The notes below the pieces were generated by a model. It searched no databases. It was given only the letters and a program-made list of their open reading frames with translations, and was not told where the DNA came from. Source: Planctomycetota bacterium (GTDB taxonomy: Bacteria > Planctomycetota > PLA2 > JAEUHO01). From it: DNA of 11,773 bases. Where the stretch lies: assembly GCA_965223505.1 (NCBI GenBank), contig CBDCWP010000023.1:1-11773 (forward strand), read 5' to 3'. Shown piece by piece: positions 6,955-11,773 of the stretch. Numbering within the stretch: position 1 is the first letter of the stretch; the number at the start of each line of letters is the position of its first letter. A program made the translations under genes and the position numbers.

Positions 6955-8045
6955 AACGGCTGCGTCGCCAGTATCTGGACATCCTCGGCGATCGCGTGGC
7001 TCGCGGCGACGTCCGCTCGATCGCCGGTCTCGGATGGCGCTGGGTCGCGACGGCGCTCAGCCCCTGGACCCGGCGGCCGATGGCCGGGCCGGCGTTGGGC
7101 ACGCTGCTCGTCACCTACCGGTGCGACCTGCGCTGTGCGGTCTGCGACCTGCCGGCGCGGGCGGCGGCGCGGCGGCGCAACGGCGAGCGCGAGCTCGAGA
7201 CCGGCGAGATGTTCGACGTGTTGCGTGACATGAAACGCATCGGGACGGCCGGCGTCGGTGTGACCGGCGGTGAGCCGATGTTGCGCGAGGACATCTTGGA
7301 CCTCCTCGCGTACGGAAGCCGTCTCGGCATGCACATGCATCTGAACACGGACGGCTTCCAGGTGGCCGAGCAGGCCGACGCGTTGATTCGAACGCGCGTC
7401 CGGTCCGTGAACGTCTCGCTCGACGGCCACGACGCGGCCGTCCACGACAAGGCGCGCGGACGCAAGGGGTCGTTCGATCGCGTGCTGGCGGCGTTCCGCG
7501 CGCTCGCGGCGTCGCGCGGCCGTCGTCGCTTGCCGCGTCTGACGGCGGTGACGGTGCTGTCGCACCACAACGTCCATCGCGCGGGCGACGTCGTTCGTGT
7601 CGCGCTCGATGCCGGCGCGGACCGCGTCGGCGTGATTCCCGTGCACGACTTCGGCCACGGCGCCGTCGCGCCCGGCGACGAGGCCGTCGAGGCCGGCATC
7701 GCCGAGCTCAAGCAGCTGCACGCGAAGGGCGTGATCGACAACAGCCTCGCGTATCTCGACCTGCTGCCGCGCGCGTTTCGCGGCGGCGCGTCGCCGCTTC
7801 ACTGCTACGCGCCTTACGCCAGCGTCGTGGTCGACTGCTACGGCGACGTCTATCCGTGCTTTCCGTTGATGGAGCGCAAGGAGCCCGCCGGCCGGATTCC
7901 GTTGGCGGCGCTGTGGCGATCCGACGCCTACGCCAAGGTGCGCGACGAGCTGTCGGGGTGCACGGCGTGCCTCTGGAACTGCCACACCGAGCTGAACCTC
8001 GCGCTGCCGCAGCGAGGCGCGGCGGCGGCGGGAGTCGGCGCGTGA
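6951..8045 (+). CDS. Radical SAM/SPASM-domain protein, 364 aa (GTG start; the ORF track start at 6636 is too far upstream)
   Basis: GTG6951 overlaps the upstream TGA (GTGA). VTYRCDLRCAVC (7122-7145), TGGEPMLRED, LNTDG, VSLDG..HD..RG..GSF. C-terminal CYAP...DCYGDVYPC...CTACLWNC. Confidence 0.9.
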   Translation: MKRLRRQYLDILGDRVARGDVRSIAGLGWRWVATALSPWTRRPMAGPALGTLLVTYRCDLRCAVCDLPARAAARRRNGERELETGEMFDVLRDMKRIGTAGVGVTGGEPMLREDILDLLAYGSRLGMHMHLNTDGFQVAEQADALIRTRVRSVNVSLDGHDAAVHDKARGRKGSFDRVLAAFRALAASRGRRRLPRLTAVTVLSHHNVHRAGDVVRVALDAGADRVGVIPVHDFGHGAVAPGDEAVEAGIAELKQLHAKGVIDNSLAYLDLLPRAFRGGASPLHCYAPYASVVVDCYGDVYPCFPLMERKEPAGRIPLAALWRSDAYAKVRDELSGCTACLWNCHTELNLALPQRGAAAAGVGA

Positions 8046-9190
8046 ATCTCGGGTTCGCCAAGGTGCTGGACCGGGTCGCGGGCAGCCTGCTCGGACACGC
8101 GATCGCGACAGGCGATGCGATCGTCGAGACGATTCGTGCGCCGACGCCCGTCGAGCACGTACGCCGGCTGCTCGTGATCAAGTTCTGGGGCCTGGGCAAT
8201 TGGGCGCTACTCCGTCCGGTCGTCCGGGACCTGCGCGCCCGCTATCCGGGCGCGCGCCTCACGATCGCGACGCTCGACACGAACCGTCGGTTGGTCCAGG
8301 ACCTCGCAGACGATCTCTTGCTCGTGCGCGCCGACAGCGGGATCACGATCGCCCGAGATCTCGGGCGCGCGGTCCTGTGGCTGCGCCGCCGCCGACACGA
8401 CCTCGCGCTGGACTTCGAGCAGTTCTCCCGCACGGGGGCGTTGCTCGCCCGCTGCGGGGGCGTTGCGCAGCGCATGGGGTTCCGTTCCGGCAGCGCCGGG
8501 CGCGACCGCCTGTATACGGTCACCGTTCCCTTCCGACGCGACGACCACGTCACGCGGTCGTTCCGTGATCTCGCCGAAGCCGGCGGGCTGGCGAAGGGGG
8601 CCTACGTCCCCGGCGGGCTCCGCGTCGATGATGAGGCGCGCGCGTCGGCGGCGCGGTGGACGACGGGCCGCCCCTTCGTGGTCCTGCACCCCGGCAGTGG
8701 CGACAACTTCCCCGGACGGCGCTGGTCCGAGAGCGGATTCGTCGCCGTGGGTCGCACCGCCGCCGCGCACGGCCACCGGGTGTTCGTCACCGGCGGGCGT
8801 CAGGAAACCGAGCTCGCGCAGCGGGTCGCCGACGCCATCGGCGACTTCGCGGCTTCCCTCGCGGGACGCCTCGGCATCGACCAACTCGTGGCGCTGCTCG
8901 ACGACGCGACCGCGCTCGTCAGCAACGACACCGGTCCGGTTCACATCGCCTCGCAGCTCGGTACCCCCGTCCTGGCGTTCTTCGGACCGAACACGCCCGT
9001 CCTGTACGGCCCGCTCTCCGAGGGCTCACAGTCGTTCTTTCGCGACCTGCCGTGCAGCCCGTGCCTGCGCAACAGCAACTACCGGTCGAGCCGCTGCCGC
9101 ATCTTCACCTGCATGGCGTCGATCCCCACCGGCGAGGTCGCAGCCGCCCTCGTACGTCTGATGGACCGCGCGAGGAGCGTCGTCCGATGA
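8042..9190 (+). CDS. Glycosyltransferase family 9 (WaaC/WaaF heptosyltransferase-like, GT-B fold), 382 aa
   Basis: GTG8042 in a GTGA overlap. LLVIKFWGLGN, R.RYPGARLT, DLALDFE, VVLHPGSG..RRW, LVSNDTGPVHIASQLGTPVLAFFGP, CSPC. Confidence 0.9.
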   Translation: MNLGFAKVLDRVAGSLLGHAIATGDAIVETIRAPTPVEHVRRLLVIKFWGLGNWALLRPVVRDLRARYPGARLTIATLDTNRRLVQDLADDLLLVRADSGITIARDLGRAVLWLRRRRHDLALDFEQFSRTGALLARCGGVAQRMGFRSGSAGRDRLYTVTVPFRRDDHVTRSFRDLAEAGGLAKGAYVPGGLRVDDEARASAARWTTGRPFVVLHPGSGDNFPGRRWSESGFVAVGRTAAAHGHRVFVTGGRQETELAQRVADAIGDFAASLAGRLGIDQLVALLDDATALVSNDTGPVHIASQLGTPVLAFFGPNTPVLYGPLSEGSQSFFRDLPCSPCLRNSNYRSSRCRIFTCMASIPTGEVAAALVRLMDRARSVVR

Positions 9191-11310
9191 GGCGGGACCG
9201 CTGGATCGCCGTTGCCGTGGTCGCGCTGGCGACGTTCCTGGTTCACGCGGGCACGTTCGACGCGGGCTTCGTGTACGACGACCACCGGTTCATCGAGTTC
9301 AACCCGGCGATCGAGTCGATCCAGCTCGGCCGCTACTTCAGCGACCCGGTCACGGCCTCGAATCCGGACGGCATCGTGCCGGACATCTACCGTCCGCTGC
9401 GAACGCTCCTCTTCGCCTTCGAGTACGCGGTCTTCGAGGACGCGCCCGCCGGCTGGCACGTCGTCAGCGTGCTGCTTCACACGCTCAACGCGGTGTTGGT
9501 GCTGCTGCTCTTGCACAACCTGCTCGCCGGCGGTTGGATCGCGCCGGCGGCGGGCGCGTTGCTCTTCGGCGTGCACCCGGTGACGAGCGAGAGCGTGGCC
9601 TGGGTGTCGTCGCAGGGTGACCTGCTCGCCATGACGTTCATGTTGTCCGGCCTGTTGGTGATGCGCCGGGCCGGCGTCGGACGTACGGTCGGCGGCGTCG
9701 CCTTGTTCGCGTTGGCGTGCTTCTCGAAAGAGAGCGCGCTCGTGCTGCCGGCGCTCGTGCTGATGCACTGGATCGTCTTGCGGGCGCACGGTGAAGACGA
9801 CGTACCGTCGACGTCCGAGACGGTCGGCCGCATCGCGGCGCTGGCGGTCGCGGCAGTCGCGTACATCGTCCTTCGGTCGAACGTGGTCCCGTCACCGTCG
9901 GAGCTCGGCTGGATGGCGCAGGTGCCGCACACCGACGGCGTCGCCGGAAGCGCGCGCGGCATGTCGGCGGGCCTGGTGTGGTATGCGCAGATGCTGTTCT
10001 TCCCGAACGGCTTCACGTTCGACATCCGCTACGACATTCCACTGCGCTGGTCGGATCGCGAGGTCGTGCTCGGGCTGGGCATCCTCGCTACGGTGCTCGC
10101 CGCCGGGCTGTGGGGGCTTCGGCGCCGGCCGGTGCTGGCATTTGCGACGCTGGGCTTCCTCGCTTGCCTGGTTCCCGTGAGCAACGTCATCGTGCCGCTC
10201 AAGGCATTCGTCGCGGAGCGCTTCCTCTATCCCGGACTGCTGTGTGTCGTCGCGGGGCTCGCTTGGGCGCTCCTGCGTACGCCTGAGCGCTGGCGAACCG
10301 TGGCGCGTGTCGCCGCCGTGCCGGTTCTCGTCGTGCTGGCCTTCCTCACCGTCGATCGCAACGAGGCGTGGAGCGACGAGGCCACCCTCTGGCGAACGGT
10401 GCGGGAGCACCGTCCCGACAACGCGAACTCGTACCAGGGGCTGGCGTTCGAGTACGCCAAGGAACACCGCGTCGCCGACGCGGAGCGGGCGTTCCTCTCG
10501 TATCTGGAGTTCAACCCGAACGACGGCAAGTCGCAGGCCATTCTGGGCGACCTGTTCGGCGACGTCGCGGCGTCCCTGCGGCTGTCGGAGGCCGCAGCCG
10601 CGGGCGGCGGCGTCTCGAACATCGACCTGCGCCGCAAGCAGGCGCGCGTGGCGCAGATCTCGGCGTACCGACGCGCGCTCGAAATCTGGGCGCAGTACGG
10701 ACTCGGCCAGGGGCGTGGCTCGCCGGAGCAGGAGCGGCGCATGCTCCTGAAGTGGATGGACGCGGCCCTCGAGCTGGGCGACGTCGCCGAGCAGCGGTTC
10801 GCCAACGATCAGCTGCTGCTGCGCGACGGGTTGGACCCGAGCGACACGGAGCGCGTCATGCGCGACGCACCTGTTTCCCGCCGGTTCGCGCGGCTGAATA
10901 TCGCCGTGCAGGCCCTCTTGGCGACGATGGGGGGCCGCGCGATGCCGGAGGACCCGGAGGTGCGCGCCAAGCTCGAGCGCGACCGCGCGGTCGTGCTGCG
11001 CGACGTCGGCCTGGACCCGCGCCGGTCGAGTCCGCAGCTCATGCCCGGCATGAACGAGCGGATCGACCCCGTCTTGAAAGACGCTCTCGAGACGGCGCCG
11101 GGCACCGTCGCGAACCCCCTGATCCGCCAGCTGACCGTGATCAAGATCGGCGTGCTCATGCGGCTCGGAGAGGGCGATCGTGCCCGAGCGTTTCTGCGCC
11201 AAATGATCAAACGCTTTCCCGACGACAAGTTCTTCCAGGAGATGTTCGCCGGATCGAACGCGCGTGCGCCCGGGCCTCCGGCGCCTGCGAACCGGAGGAA
11301 GCCAAAGTGA
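9187..11310 (+). CDS. TMTC-like GT-C membrane glycosyltransferase (protein O-mannosyltransferase-like) with C-terminal TPR/helical region, 707 aa
   Basis: ATG9187 in an ATGA overlap. FVYDD after TM1 (D31-D32, 9277-9282), YRPLRTL, WHVVSVLLHTLN, LLFGVHPVTSESVAW, FSKESA, AERFLYP, RNEAWSDEATLW. About 10-11 hydrophobic segments, then TPR-like 'AERAFLSYLEFNPND...LGDL'. Confidence 0.88.
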   Translation: MRRDRWIAVAVVALATFLVHAGTFDAGFVYDDHRFIEFNPAIESIQLGRYFSDPVTASNPDGIVPDIYRPLRTLLFAFEYAVFEDAPAGWHVVSVLLHTLNAVLVLLLLHNLLAGGWIAPAAGALLFGVHPVTSESVAWVSSQGDLLAMTFMLSGLLVMRRAGVGRTVGGVALFALACFSKESALVLPALVLMHWIVLRAHGEDDVPSTSETVGRIAALAVAAVAYIVLRSNVVPSPSELGWMAQVPHTDGVAGSARGMSAGLVWYAQMLFFPNGFTFDIRYDIPLRWSDREVVLGLGILATVLAAGLWGLRRRPVLAFATLGFLACLVPVSNVIVPLKAFVAERFLYPGLLCVVAGLAWALLRTPERWRTVARVAAVPVLVVLAFLTVDRNEAWSDEATLWRTVREHRPDNANSYQGLAFEYAKEHRVADAERAFLSYLEFNPNDGKSQAILGDLFGDVAASLRLSEAAAAGGGVSNIDLRRKQARVAQISAYRRALEIWAQYGLGQGRGSPEQERRMLLKWMDAALELGDVAEQRFANDQLLLRDGLDPSDTERVMRDAPVSRRFARLNIAVQALLATMGGRAMPEDPEVRAKLERDRAVVLRDVGLDPRRSSPQLMPGMNERIDPVLKDALETAPGTVANPLIRQLTVIKIGVLMRLGEGDRARAFLRQMIKRFPDDKFFQEMFAGSNARAPGPPAPANRRKPK
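11294..11298 (+). promoter_or_regulatory. Shine-Dalgarno site for GTG11307
   Basis: GGAGG 8 nt upstream of GTG11307. Confidence 0.75.
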
Positions 11311-11773
11311 GCCCCGTCCAGTCGCTCCGTGCATTCGCCGGACTCGGTGCGCGCATCCTCGGATCACGCTGGAGCGCGACACGGCCGTTCAAGATCACGT
11401 TCGTGTTGACGGACCGCTGCGACTGCCGCTGCGCGGGTTGCTGGATCTGGAAGAAGCCCAAGGGCAAGGAGCTGTCGCCGGACGAGATCGGCGCGTTCCT
11501 GCGTGATGCGCCGTCGCTTCGGTGGGTCAATCTCACCGGCGGCGAGCCGTTCTTGCGCGACGACATTCCCGAGGTCGTGGACGCGGTGCGCGGCGCGCTA
11601 CCCAACCTCGCCGTACTCGACTTTCCGACGACGGGGCAGCGCACCGACGCGATCCTCGAGGGCTGCGAGCGCATCGCCGGCTTCGGCATTCCCCGTTTCT
11701 ACGTCACGTGCAGCATCGAGGGTCCGCAGGCGCTTCACGACGAACTGCGCGGGCGTCCCGGCGCCTTCGAGAA
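11307..11773 (+). CDS. Third radical SAM protein, partial (runs off the window; absent from the ORF track)
   Basis: Manual translation from GTG11307 (GTGA overlap): MSPVQSLRAFAGLGARILGSRWSATRPFKITFVLTDRCDCRCAGCWIWKK...VNLTGGEPFLRDD...FPTTG...TCSIEGPQALHDELRGRPGAFE. No stop codon. CxxxCxxC at 11418-11441. Confidence 0.92.
   Translation, partial: MSPVQSLRAFAGLGARILGSRWSATRPFKITFVLTDRCDCRCAGCWIWKKPKGKELSPDEIGAFLRDAPSLRWVNLTGGEPFLRDDIPEVVDAVRGALPNLAVLDFPTTGQRTDAILEGCERIAGFGIPRFYVTCSIEGPQALHDELRGRPGAFE

Noticed and set aside
1..11773. CRISPR array, tRNA/rRNA, transposase or integrase
   Set aside because: No repeat-spacer periodicity, RNA-gene signature or mobile-element protein motif was seen, and the window is almost fully accounted for by the CDSs.

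Overview
GC-rich bacterial DNA (roughly two-thirds GC or more by eye; protein style suggests Planctomycetota, which is an inference). All credible genes are on the + strand, in two blocks. Block 1 (267-5768) holds two large paralogous, acidic secreted lipoproteins. They share a TS-C-SGG lipobox, two Big_5-type Ig-like domains and a conserved C-terminal EFQGA...T-x-W...ID-x-[LI]D...VR[WF]R...IP module. They carry unrelated central inserts, one of them a Gly-rich beta/polyglycine domain, and are separated by a 201-bp spacer with four tandem hairpins. An intrinsic terminator follows (5821-5858). Block 2 (5884 to the window end) is a translationally coupled operon with four consecutive 4-bp [AG]TGA overlaps: radical SAM/SPASM-twitch, a second radical SAM/SPASM, a GT9 glycosyltransferase with Asn at the usual catalytic Asp, a TMTC-like GT-C membrane glycosyltransferase with TPRs, and a third radical SAM that is truncated and missing from the ORF track. 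The best candidate for a novel system is a bacterial TMTC-type protein glycosylation pathway in which several radical SAM enzymes and an atypical GT9 tailor the glycan, with the adjacent Ig-domain lipoproteins as possible substrates. All family assignments come from motif recognition by eye; no searches were run.
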